Shown here: positions 18,325-27,498 of the stretch, one piece after another | Layout of the letters: each line of letters opens with the position of its first letter | Position numbering within the stretch: position 1 is the stretch's first letter | Source: a virus | IMG/VR virus record: IMGVR_UViG_3300030419_006954 | Coordinates: 31,566 to 95,565 of that record | DNA length: 64,000 nucleotides | Strand: one strand, 5' to 3' | The notes under the pieces: model-generated | Databases searched by the model: none | What the model saw: only the letters and a program-made list of their open reading frames with translations | Told to the model about the DNA's origin: nothing | Translations under genes and position numbers: made by a program

Positions 18325-19034
18325 AAAAACAAAAAGTTTTAATCATAGGGAACAAGCAATACTCTAATTTTAAATTAGACAATATTGTGGACACCTTTGA
18401 TGTAATTTACAGATTTAATCTTGCTTGGCCTAATAAAAACAACGGCACAAAATTCGGTAAGCTGGCAATGTGCGGTCACATATATCAGAATTTTATAGGG
18501 CAACCCGCCGCCAAAGAGCAAATAATGAAGAAATACGGCGAGTATGATCCTGTATATTTAAGCAATTGGTATGACTATTTTCAAGCGAATAAAGAAAACT
18601 TTGAGGAAATTTTTCATCAAAATGAAAACAATTGGGCACAATGGAACAAGATGCTTGGAACATATGGCAGTCCGCATAGATTTTCTAGAATGGCGACGAC
18701 GGGATATTCGACTATTTTCAGAAACTTATCGAATCCAGACAACAAAATTTATGTTTCTTGCTTTACCCTATGTAGCGACGAAACAAGAAAAACAGTAGGA
18801 ATGACGGATAAAATTGCGAAAAAGGAGAATGAAGGCGGCGGGTGTCATTCGTTTTCAGATGAAATAAAAATACTAAATTGGCTCCACAACAATAAAAAAA
18901 TTGACGCCTCTCTGTGTATGATTAATGACATTGAAAAGCTTGACTTTAAAATCAACAAAGACAGCATCGGTCCCTCTAAAGAAATAGTAGAGTTAATTAA
19001 AAAAACCCATAATCAAGATGGCGACACAAGGTAA
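18321..19034 (+). CDS. GT29/sialyltransferase-like glycosyltransferase
   Basis: VLIIGN...VDTFDVIYRFN..GTK (sialylmotif-L-like), TTG, H...E near C-terminus. Confidence 0.6.
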   Translation: MKKQKVLIIGNKQYSNFKLDNIVDTFDVIYRFNLAWPNKNNGTKFGKLAMCGHIYQNFIGQPAAKEQIMKKYGEYDPVYLSNWYDYFQANKENFEEIFHQNENNWAQWNKMLGTYGSPHRFSRMATTGYSTIFRNLSNPDNKIYVSCFTLCSDETRKTVGMTDKIAKKENEGGGCHSFSDEIKILNWLHNNKKIDASLCMINDIEKLDFKINKDSIGPSKEIVELIKKTHNQDGDTR

Positions 19035-19365
19035 AATTTGGGGGAAAACCCAAGACATATTTAAAAACTCTAACTTTGAGCTTCACAGAATAGAAATCAA
19101 AAAAGGAGGTTATTGTTCTACGCATCAGCATGAACACAAATTTAATGCTTTCTATATTGAGAAAGGTAAACTAAAAATAACCATATACGAAACAGATTAT
19201 GATTTAGTAGATGAAACTATTGTGTCTACAGGCGAGCTAACAACAGCCAAACCTGGGGCGTATCATAAGTTTGAGGCTCTAGAAGATACAATTTGTTATG
19301 AACTTTATTGGGTAGAGTTAAACCACAACGATATAAAAAGAAAGGATGTCGGAGGGCGTAAATAA
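19018..19365 (+). CDS. Cupin protein (mannose-6-phosphate isomerase type II-like)
   Basis: KIWG, CSTHQHEHK, PGAYHKFEALED. Confidence 0.8.
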   Translation: MATQGKIWGKTQDIFKNSNFELHRIEIKKGGYCSTHQHEHKFNAFYIEKGKLKITIYETDYDLVDETIVSTGELTTAKPGAYHKFEALEDTICYELYWVELNHNDIKRKDVGGRK

Positions 19366-20254
19366 AACTATGAAAAAAGGCATGAAGGACAATATAGAGC
19401 GGAAGCAGCCCTCTATAAACGAAGTCGTCATGCATGAAGGGTTTCCCTTGTTTAGCTTTTTAGAGCTGAATATTAATGAAATCTGCAACAGGAAGTGTCC
19501 CTTTTGTCCGCGATCCGATCCTAAAAGCTATCCCAATCAAAACATCCATATGGATATAGAGATAGCTCGAAACATAGCCCAACAACTTGAAAGTCTTAAT
19601 TTTACTGGAATTGTAAATATAAGCGGGACTGGGGAACCTTTACTAACTAGATATATTCCAGACATTGTAAAGGAATTTGGCGACAGAGGAATACATGTAG
19701 AAATAGTTACCAACGGAGATGTTCTCGCAAACAAAAAAAAGGGTCCACCGCTCATAGAAAAACTTTATAGCTCTGGCCTTAAACAGTTTGTGGTTAGTAT
19801 GTATGACGGCCCCGAACAAATTGATTTTTTTAATTCCTTGTTTTCCAGTTGTGGTATAGACAAAAGCCTTTATTCTTTAAGGGACAGGTGGTATGATGAG
19901 TCAGAGGATTATGGGTTATTATATACCAACAGAGCGGGGAATATAGGTTTTGAATTCTTGTCAGAAATAGCTAAAGCAAAACTTATAAAATCAGGAAAAT
20001 CTGCTTGCTTTTATACTCATTATGCTATGATGATTGACTGGAATGGGGACGCATTAATATGTTGTCAAGATATGTATAACAGAACCGTAAATTTTGGCAA
20101 TGTGATGACTAAACCCTTGATTGATATATGGATGGATGGCAAGCTCATGGAATTTAGAAATAAACTTAAAAACGGAGAGAGGTCTTTGTCTCCTTGCAGC
20201 AATTGCAATGCAAACGGTCAGATATTTGGAGCTAATCACGCATCAGCATGGTAG
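19346..20254 (+). CDS. Radical SAM protein with SPASM/twitch domain
   Basis: CNRKCPFC, GTGEPLL, TNG, C...IDWNGDALICCQD...C..C. Confidence 0.92.
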   Translation: MSEGVNKTMKKGMKDNIERKQPSINEVVMHEGFPLFSFLELNINEICNRKCPFCPRSDPKSYPNQNIHMDIEIARNIAQQLESLNFTGIVNISGTGEPLLTRYIPDIVKEFGDRGIHVEIVTNGDVLANKKKGPPLIEKLYSSGLKQFVVSMYDGPEQIDFFNSLFSSCGIDKSLYSLRDRWYDESEDYGLLYTNRAGNIGFEFLSEIAKAKLIKSGKSACFYTHYAMMIDWNGDALICCQDMYNRTVNFGNVMTKPLIDIWMDGKLMEFRNKLKNGERSLSPCSNCNANGQIFGANHASAW

Positions 20255-21405
20255 TAAAAAAAGCTCATAAATGCTTTATTGTGGATGAATATGGTGTCAA
20301 GTTTATAGACACTACAATGGGTTCAGGTTCACAGATAATAGGTCATAATAATCCTCTAATAAAAAAGATCGCTAGGCAGATTAATAAAGGGACAATATAT
20401 ACTATACCCAATCATCACACAGAGACTGTTAATCATTATCTAAAAGAGCATATAAATCCAGACTTAAGTGATAATTATATTTTTTGTAGCTCTGGCACAG
20501 AGGCTAATATGAGAGCCATAAGATTAGCTAGAGCACATACGGGTAAAAATATAATTGGCAGATTTCATGGTGGTTGGCATGGAGGTCTCGATGGGTTCTT
20601 ACAAGAGCACCCTGACAAAAATGGAGTGCCAGCAGATGTTAACAATCTTTTTAAAGTTTTACCATACAACGATGACAGTTGTTTTGATTTGATTACATCT
20701 GACATGGCCGCGATTATTATTGAGCCAGTGCAAGGATCTAACCCTAGATCTGATATAAAAAGTTTCTTACAAGCTTTAAAAAAACATTGTGAAGATAAAA
20801 ACGTCTTACTTATACTAGATGAGATAATGACGGGCTTTAGATTATCTGCAAAAGGTGGCGCTGGCATCTTTGATGTAAGACCTGATATAGTTACTTATGG
20901 AAAAGTTTTGGGTGGAGGATTCCCAATAGGCGCTGTTGGCGCTAAAGAAGAAATATTCCAGAGCAAAAATGTTTTTTTTGGTGGAACTTTTTCTGCCAAT
21001 CCATTGAGTATGTATGCAGCTAAACTTATATTAGAAACTATTATTAATAAAAAATACATCGACTATGACTATCTCAATGAGTCGGGCTTTCTTTTTAGAA
21101 ATGAATTAAATTATTTTTTTGATAATGAAAATTTAAATATTAGCGCGATTGGTTGCGGACCAATAAATCGTTTGATCTTTACCAATAAGTTCATAAAAAA
21201 TAGAAAAGATAGAGATCTTTTTGAAAATAGTAATGAACAAGTAGAGTTCTCTAGGTTATTAAAAAATCAAAAAGTTTTTGTAAATTCGAATGGGCTATAT
21301 CATTTTTCTATGGCCCACACACAAAAGATTATTCAGAATCTCATCACCATAATTAAAAGAGTATCAATGCAGGTAAGCGGCCATGAAAACAAGAAAGCAG
21401 TATAA
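20248..21405 (+). CDS. Class III PLP aminotransferase (GSA-aminomutase-like)
   Basis: SGTEANMRAIRLARAHTG, GGWHG, IIEPV, DEIMTGFR, GKVLGGGFPIG. Confidence 0.9.
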   Translation: MVVKKAHKCFIVDEYGVKFIDTTMGSGSQIIGHNNPLIKKIARQINKGTIYTIPNHHTETVNHYLKEHINPDLSDNYIFCSSGTEANMRAIRLARAHTGKNIIGRFHGGWHGGLDGFLQEHPDKNGVPADVNNLFKVLPYNDDSCFDLITSDMAAIIIEPVQGSNPRSDIKSFLQALKKHCEDKNVLLILDEIMTGFRLSAKGGAGIFDVRPDIVTYGKVLGGGFPIGAVGAKEEIFQSKNVFFGGTFSANPLSMYAAKLILETIINKKYIDYDYLNESGFLFRNELNYFFDNENLNISAIGCGPINRLIFTNKFIKNRKDRDLFENSNEQVEFSRLLKNQKVFVNSNGLYHFSMAHTQKIIQNLITIIKRVSMQVSGHENKKAV

Positions 21406-22144
21406 TAACTCACTAGAATACAATGGACAGGCTTATGCTGATAAATTCGTTTTGAATTGCACAGACTTTAAGCGGGATGGTTATTTTTTAGAGCTAGGCT
21501 CTAGGGATGCCATTCAAAACAATAATTCTTATATCTTAGAGGAGAGCTTTGGGTGGATCGGGATAATGGTTGAGAGAGAGTCTGGATATGAATTAGAATA
21601 CGCAACCCATAGACCTAATAGTCTCGCGATTATAGAAGACGCAACTCAAATAGACTATAAAAAACTATTCAAGGATAACAATCTTCCTCTTAATTTAGAT
21701 TTTTTGCAATTAGATTTAGAGGTAAGGGACAACACATCCTTAGAGACCTTTTTAAAGATTAATAGTGAATTACTCGATGATTATAAATTCGCAGTAATAA
21801 CAATGGAGCATGATATTTATACGGAGCTGGAAACTGCCGCCGATATGAGGATTAAATCAAGAGAGATTTTAGAGAGTAGGGGTTATTATTGTGTTTTTAA
21901 AGATATTGTAGACTCTTCCCCACCAGAGTATATCTCTTGCCCCTACGAAGATTGGTGGGTTCATCCAGACCTAGTTAACATGAAATACATAAAATATCTC
22001 CTCAAAAAAAACCAAGACAAATATTTGACTGTAAATACCCCCACCCCGATAGAGGGAAATGCGTCTGCGCTTCATATTTGTTCCCATTGCGGCGTTTCAG
22101 GCACTCCTATTAAATGTTTTAAGGCTGCGGAGACAGAATATTAG
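21383..22144 (+). CDS. FkbM-family methyltransferase
   Basis: GYFLELGS.D....NSY.LE..FGWIGI.VE, DFLQLDLE, EDWWV. Confidence 0.75.
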   Translation: MKTRKQYNNSLEYNGQAYADKFVLNCTDFKRDGYFLELGSRDAIQNNNSYILEESFGWIGIMVERESGYELEYATHRPNSLAIIEDATQIDYKKLFKDNNLPLNLDFLQLDLEVRDNTSLETFLKINSELLDDYKFAVITMEHDIYTELETAADMRIKSREILESRGYYCVFKDIVDSSPPEYISCPYEDWWVHPDLVNMKYIKYLLKKNQDKYLTVNTPTPIEGNASALHICSHCGVSGTPIKCFKAAETEY

Positions 22145-22155
22145 TATTAAGTAAA

Positions 22156-22941
22156 ATGAAATTAAAAATTTTTCCCAAAATTGATAATGCAGAAGTTCAG
22201 ACGGAACCTTTTGATCATGTGATTATAGATAATTTATTGCCCCAAGACTTCTACAAAGAGGTATCGGAAGAACTAGACGGGGCGAATCTTGACAACCATT
22301 GTGAAAAGGGAGATTACGGAACCAAAGGACGGTTTGGGGTGGACATAACAGATTATTCCGCTTGGAAGAATTCGGGATGTAAGAGTTCTACAACAATCCA
22401 TCAGAATAATTATAATTTAATATCGCAAAAACTTCCCAATGTTCATGTTTTTGTTAACTTTCTTTTGGAAAATGAAAAGAGTTTTTATTCTGCAATCGCC
22501 TCTAAATTCCCTACAGAAAGAATTACAGATGATTATTTTTTTCATTTACACCTAAATAAAGATAGCCTTGGGTATAAAATACCCCCACATGTCGATGGCA
22601 ATAATATTTTTACAATTTTATTTTATACCCCGCAAACGGATGTGAACAAAATGTTCGGGCTAGATTTATACGGAGAGGGCGGCGCAACACCAGTTTTAGT
22701 TGACCGACTTCATGAAGAGCGGCATAAAGGTCCAACTGAGAATCTGCAATTAGTTAAGCATGTCGATTTCCTACCTAATAGAATGCTGATCTTCGCCCCC
22801 TCATACGGTGGGGTCAGACCAGCTACTTGGCATGGCGTAAATCAACTATCTTATGAATTAACTGGGACAAGGAATTCTTTTCAGATGTTTTTTTATCCAA
22901 ACGAAAACACTGAAGGACACTGGCGAAATTCAAAAATTTAG
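22156..22941 (+). CDS. 2OG-Fe(II) oxygenase
   Basis: PFDHVIIDNLLP, IPPHVD (HxD), TWHGV, RNS. Confidence 0.8.
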   Translation: MKLKIFPKIDNAEVQTEPFDHVIIDNLLPQDFYKEVSEELDGANLDNHCEKGDYGTKGRFGVDITDYSAWKNSGCKSSTTIHQNNYNLISQKLPNVHVFVNFLLENEKSFYSAIASKFPTERITDDYFFHLHLNKDSLGYKIPPHVDGNNIFTILFYTPQTDVNKMFGLDLYGEGGATPVLVDRLHEERHKGPTENLQLVKHVDFLPNRMLIFAPSYGGVRPATWHGVNQLSYELTGTRNSFQMFFYPNENTEGHWRNSKI

Positions 22942-22944
22942 AAA

Positions 22945-23880
22945 ATGTTAAATTTAAATATAGAAAATAACCCCTCTTTCTATCGTGACTACAGGGAAGG
23001 TTTGCAATATTTGCGAGACCTAGACGAAAGCGAATATGAATATCCTGAACACCAAACGATATTCCATGTGTATTCTGAATTTAAAAACCCCGAAGAGCTT
23101 ATGGCTCTTAAGTCCTATTTGGCTACGCAAAATTTAGAAAAAACAAAACTAATTGTATGGTCTGATTATGACATATCAAGTCAGGAAAACATACAACCTT
23201 ATAAAGATTTAGTATATTTTAGAGTTTATAGAGCAGAAGAACTAGCCAAGGACACACCTCTTGAAAATTCTAAAATTTCAGCTTACGATTTTCCAGATGG
23301 TGATCTTAACCACTGGATGCGTAGCGGGATAATGAGATTTCTGGTTCTTTATAAATTCGGCGGGATTTATTACGACATGGATACAATTCTCTTAAGAGAT
23401 TTTAAGCCTATATTAAATCAAGACTTTGCCTATCAATGGGGAGGTTCCACAGATTTTCCCAAGGAAAGGAGAGACTTACCTGATTGTCATGGCCCATGTG
23501 CGGCTATTATGGGATGCAAATATAAAAGTGATTTTATTGAGGAGTGTATGCACAGATTGTTGGTAACCCCCCCTGTTGGTGGCACTTGCTATGACGAAGA
23601 CATGCTTTCTTATGTATACAGAGAGACTAAATTTACGGTATTCCCCTCTTCATTTTTTGACACCCAATGGCTTATGAGCAAAGTTAACATGGAAGATGCC
23701 GTTAAAGCAAATAAAGAAATGTTTGATGTGCCAGTAGAGGATAAAGCTTGGTTATTTCTAGAAGCATTTGCGTGGCACTGGCACAACAGCTCTAATAAAA
23801 ACAAAATCCCCGTTAAGGGTTCCAAATTTAATCTTCTAGAGGAGATAATCAACAAAAAACTAAAAGAGAGGGGTATTTAG
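22945..23880 (+). CDS. Glycosyltransferase family 32-like (DxD sugar-binding)
   Basis: RFLVLYKFGGIYYDMD. Confidence 0.8.
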   Translation: MLNLNIENNPSFYRDYREGLQYLRDLDESEYEYPEHQTIFHVYSEFKNPEELMALKSYLATQNLEKTKLIVWSDYDISSQENIQPYKDLVYFRVYRAEELAKDTPLENSKISAYDFPDGDLNHWMRSGIMRFLVLYKFGGIYYDMDTILLRDFKPILNQDFAYQWGGSTDFPKERRDLPDCHGPCAAIMGCKYKSDFIEECMHRLLVTPPVGGTCYDEDMLSYVYRETKFTVFPSSFFDTQWLMSKVNMEDAVKANKEMFDVPVEDKAWLFLEAFAWHWHNSSNKNKIPVKGSKFNLLEEIINKKLKERGI

Positions 23881-23882
23881 CG

Positions 23883-24782
23883 ATGTCAAAAAAAGCAATT
23901 ATTACTGGAGGCGCAGGTTTTATTGGATCTAATTTAGTAGATGCTTTACTTGATCTCGGTTATGAGGTTACTGTAATTGACAATCAATCTAGTGACGCTC
24001 ACGATAAATTTTATTGGAACCCTAAAGCAGATAATCATATTTTAGATATATGTGATTATGATAGCATAAGGCCATTATTTAATGATATTGATTTGGTATT
24101 TCACGTTGCTGCTGAAGCTAGAATACAGCCTACTTTAGAGAACCCTATTTTGGCTGCGAAAAGCAATTTCTTAGGGACATGCATTGTTCTTCAATGCTCA
24201 AAAGAAGCGGCAGTCAAAAGAGTTATTTATAGCTCCACATCGTCTGCTTATGGGTTGTCTAACGAAACCCCGAACATAGAGACTATGCAGAAAGACTGCC
24301 TTAACCCATACTCTGTAACAAAAGTCGGAGGGGAGGAACTTTGTAAGATGTATACAGATTTATTTGGACTAGAAACAGTTTGTTTTAGATACTTTAATGT
24401 TTACGGAGAAAGACAACCGATTAAAGGGCAATATGCTCCCGTTATAGGTATCTTTCTTAGACAAAAATCTAACGGAGAACCTATGACAATTGTGGGAGAT
24501 GGCGAGCAAAGGAGGGACTTCACACATGTAAGTGATGTAGCGAAGGCGAATATTTTAGCTGGGGACTTATCCAATAAAAAAATTGTAGGAGAACTAATTA
24601 ATATCGGAAGTGGTAAAAACCATTCTATTTTAGAAATAAAAGATTTAATTAAAGGGGATCATGTCCACATTCCGCCGCGAAAGGGGGAGGCTAGAATTAC
24701 ATTAGCAGACAACACTAAAGCTAAAGAAATTTTAGGCTGGTCTCCCCAAATAGAACTGGAGGATTGGATCAAAATTAAATGA
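23883..24782 (+). CDS. NAD-dependent nucleotide-sugar epimerase/dehydratase
   Basis: ITGGAGFIGS, SSTSSAYG, YSVTK, RYFNVYG, GDGEQRRDF. Confidence 0.92.
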   Translation: MSKKAIITGGAGFIGSNLVDALLDLGYEVTVIDNQSSDAHDKFYWNPKADNHILDICDYDSIRPLFNDIDLVFHVAAEARIQPTLENPILAAKSNFLGTCIVLQCSKEAAVKRVIYSSTSSAYGLSNETPNIETMQKDCLNPYSVTKVGGEELCKMYTDLFGLETVCFRYFNVYGERQPIKGQYAPVIGIFLRQKSNGEPMTIVGDGEQRRDFTHVSDVAKANILAGDLSNKKIVGELINIGSGKNHSILEIKDLIKGDHVHIPPRKGEARITLADNTKAKEILGWSPQIELEDWIKIK

Positions 24783-25192
24783 AAATTGGTTTTACCGCTG
24801 GGGCTTTTGACTTATTACATGCAGGGCATGTAATAATGCTTGAAGAATGTTCTTCCTTTTGTGATAAACTAATCGTAGGGCTACATGTTGACCCCTCCGT
24901 AGAACGGGATAGCAAAAACCCTCCCGTTCAGTCCATGGTAGAAAGATATATACAGTTAAAAGCTATAAAGTTTGTTGATGAAATAATTCCCTACCAAACA
25001 GAAAAAGATCTCGCGGATTTATTAAAATCTATTAAAATTGATATTCGTTTTGTAGGATCTGATTGGAAAGGTAAAAACTTTACAGCGAAGTCTTTATCCA
25101 CAAATGAAGGGAAGCATAAAATAATTTACAATACCCGAGATCACAGTTATTCTTCTTCAGAGTTGAGGCTTAGAATCAAAAAGAGCTTATGA
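24779..25192 (+). CDS. Cytidylyltransferase (TagD/glycerol-3-phosphate cytidylyltransferase-like)
   Basis: GAFDLLHAGH (HxGH), GSDW, RDHSYSSSELR. Confidence 0.85.
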   Translation: MKIGFTAGAFDLLHAGHVIMLEECSSFCDKLIVGLHVDPSVERDSKNPPVQSMVERYIQLKAIKFVDEIIPYQTEKDLADLLKSIKIDIRFVGSDWKGKNFTAKSLSTNEGKHKIIYNTRDHSYSSSELRLRIKKSL

Positions 25193-26109
25193 AAAAAATT
25201 TTAATAACAGGCTCAAAGGGCTTTTTAGGCCATCACCTAGTCAAAAAACTAAAAGGCAGCTACGAGCTTTTAACTCCAAATAGTGCTGAGTTAAATATCC
25301 GCGATGGAGAGGCTCTCCAGACCTACATATGGATTAATTCTCCCAACATTATTATCCATCTCGCCGCAGTTTGCGGGGGCATTGGAGCGAACCAAAAATC
25401 TCCCGCCGATTTTTTCTTGGATAACTCTTTAATGAGTTTAAACATCTTGTCAGCATCCAATTATTTTAATATAGAAAAACTGATAACATTGGGCAGCGTA
25501 TGTTCTTACCCGAAGTTCACTCCCGTCCCTTTTAAAGAAGAAGATCTTTGGGATGGCTATCCTGAGGAAACTAATGCTCCTTATGGGATCGCGAAGAAAA
25601 ATTTATTAGTGGGCTGTCAGGCTTTTAGAGATCAGTATGACGATAATTTTATTCACTTGATTCCTGTTAACATGTATGGAGAGCATGATAACTTTGATCC
25701 CGAAAGTTCTCACGTTATACCTGCGTTGCTCAAAAAATTCTCAGAAGCAAAACAAGCCAATAATCCCTTTGTGGAAGTTTGGGGAGACGGTTCAGCCTCT
25801 AGGGAATTCTTGTATGCTGGAGATTGTGCGGAAGCGATTGTGTTAGCTTTAGAAAATTACGATAAACCAGACCCTGTTAACATCGGGACGGGCTCGGAAA
25901 TAACTATTAAAGACTTGGTTCAAAAAATTGCTTTAATAGTTGGCTATGAAGGAGAAATCAGATATGATACCACTAAACCCAACGGACAACCTCGTCGCTG
26001 TCTAGACACAACTCGCGCTAAAGAATCTTTTGGGTTTGAAGCCCAAACCTCTTTAGATGAAGGATTAGAAAAAACTTACAAATGGTATTTAGAAAATGTC
26101 AAAAAATAA
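25189..26109 (+). CDS. fcl: GDP-L-fucose synthase
   Basis: HLAAVCGGIGAN, GSVCSYPK, YGIAKK, PVNMYG, SHVIPAL, WGDGSASREFLY. Confidence 0.92.
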   Translation: MKKILITGSKGFLGHHLVKKLKGSYELLTPNSAELNIRDGEALQTYIWINSPNIIIHLAAVCGGIGANQKSPADFFLDNSLMSLNILSASNYFNIEKLITLGSVCSYPKFTPVPFKEEDLWDGYPEETNAPYGIAKKNLLVGCQAFRDQYDDNFIHLIPVNMYGEHDNFDPESSHVIPALLKKFSEAKQANNPFVEVWGDGSASREFLYAGDCAEAIVLALENYDKPDPVNIGTGSEITIKDLVQKIALIVGYEGEIRYDTTKPNGQPRRCLDTTRAKESFGFEAQTSLDEGLEKTYKWYLENVKK

Positions 26110-27151
26110 AAAAGTATTAATAACTGGTGTTACGGGACAAGATGGTAGTCACATGGCTGATTACCTAATAGAAAACACAGATCATATTGTTGTAGGAGGC
26201 ATAAGAAGATTAAGCGTAGATAATCACGGAAATATTGGTCATTTAAAAAATCATGACAGATTTTCTCTTGTAGATCTAGATATAACTGATCCACAGAATA
26301 TTGAACGTGTTATAGCTTCTGAAAAACCAGACTACTTTATCAACTTAGCGGCCAATTCATTTGTTGGATGCAGCTGGGACATGGCTACAAACCATATGCA
26401 GACAAACTGCATGGCGGTATTGCATCAGCTAGAGTCTATCAGGAGGCATGTGCCGCATTGTCGCTATTATAACGCAGGAAGCTCTGAGGAGTTTGGTGAT
26501 GTCCAGACTGTCCCACAATCAGAATCTCATCCATTGCGTCCCAGAAGCCCTTACGGAGCCTCTAAGTGCTCTGCTCGTCATTTAGTAAAAGTGTATAGAG
26601 ATTCCTACGATCTTTATGCGGTTCAGGGTTGGCTATTTAATCACGAAGGCGTCCGCAGAGGAGAAGAATTTGTTACGAGGAAGATCACAAAAAATGTCGC
26701 CAGAATTTTAGCACAATATGAAATCGGCAAAGTGATTGTCCCGATGCAATTGGGTAATTTAGACGCGAAGAGGGATTGGAGCGATGCTGAAGATTTTGTC
26801 AGTGGAGTTTGGCGCATGTTAAATCAACCAAGAGACAAGCCTAAGGACTATGTTCTATCGTCTAACGAAACTCATACGATTAGAGAATTCGTAGAGGAGG
26901 CTTTTAATTTTGTAGGATTTCACAGAAATGCTTGTGAGTGGGTGGGGGAAGGTCTTGAAGAAAAATACATGCACGGGCGAGATTGCTTTGTAGAAATTAA
27001 TTCAGATTTTTATAGACCAGCGGAGGTTGACTTGCTTCTGGGCGACTCGACAAAAGCGCGTGATGAGCTTGGCTGGCAACCAAAAACCACATTTATTCAG
27101 CTTATCAAAAAAATGGTTGACAAGGATGTGGCGTCAGCTATTACTTGGTAG
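26096..27151 (+). CDS. gmd: GDP-mannose 4,6-dehydratase
   Basis: ITGVTGQDGS, PRSPYGASK, LFNHEG.RRG.EFVTRKI, LGNLDAKRDW, YRPAEVD. Confidence 0.95.
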   Translation: MSKNKKVLITGVTGQDGSHMADYLIENTDHIVVGGIRRLSVDNHGNIGHLKNHDRFSLVDLDITDPQNIERVIASEKPDYFINLAANSFVGCSWDMATNHMQTNCMAVLHQLESIRRHVPHCRYYNAGSSEEFGDVQTVPQSESHPLRPRSPYGASKCSARHLVKVYRDSYDLYAVQGWLFNHEGVRRGEEFVTRKITKNVARILAQYEIGKVIVPMQLGNLDAKRDWSDAEDFVSGVWRMLNQPRDKPKDYVLSSNETHTIREFVEEAFNFVGFHRNACEWVGEGLEEKYMHGRDCFVEINSDFYRPAEVDLLLGDSTKARDELGWQPKTTFIQLIKKMVDKDVASAITW

Positions 27152-27498
27152 TGCCGAAGTCTAAAGGCCCGAATAAACGGGATATCATTTTTCGTCTTAT
27201 AGAAGTCCCCGACAAAGGGAGGCGACCATTTTTCGCGAGGGAGATGAAGTTGCTTAACGATCTCTGTGATCGCTATTCTTTGGAGTTTATGGATATTGTG
27301 AACTTCGGCAAAAAGTTTGACTCTCTCGCTTATCTCGTTAGCGCGAAACTCAAGGACGCGCTGGATGAAAAGTTCAGAGCCTTCAATTTTAAGGTTGATT
27401 TATCCAAGTATGAAACCTATGATATAGGTGAGAAAATAGGCGAAGATGCGGTTATTTCGCAATCCCCCAAAACAATAAAAGATTTTTTAGATGAGTAA
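27151..27498 (+). CDS. Hypothetical protein
   Basis: Continuous ORF coupled to gmd and recA; GTG start at 27151. Confidence 0.6.
   Translation: MPKSKGPNKRDIIFRLIEVPDKGRRPFFAREMKLLNDLCDRYSLEFMDIVNFGKKFDSLAYLVSAKLKDALDEKFRAFNFKVDLSKYETYDIGEKIGEDAVISQSPKTIKDFLDE

Noticed and set aside
20248-21405. hemL tetrapyrrole gene
   Set aside because: No other hem genes, shortened N-terminus and sugar-modification context; symbol withheld.
10353-27151. Bacterial chromosomal LPS/capsule locus
   Set aside because: No wzx/wzy/wzm/wzt or priming transferase; the block is joined by an overlap to phage-type replication genes and lies between virion gene clusters.
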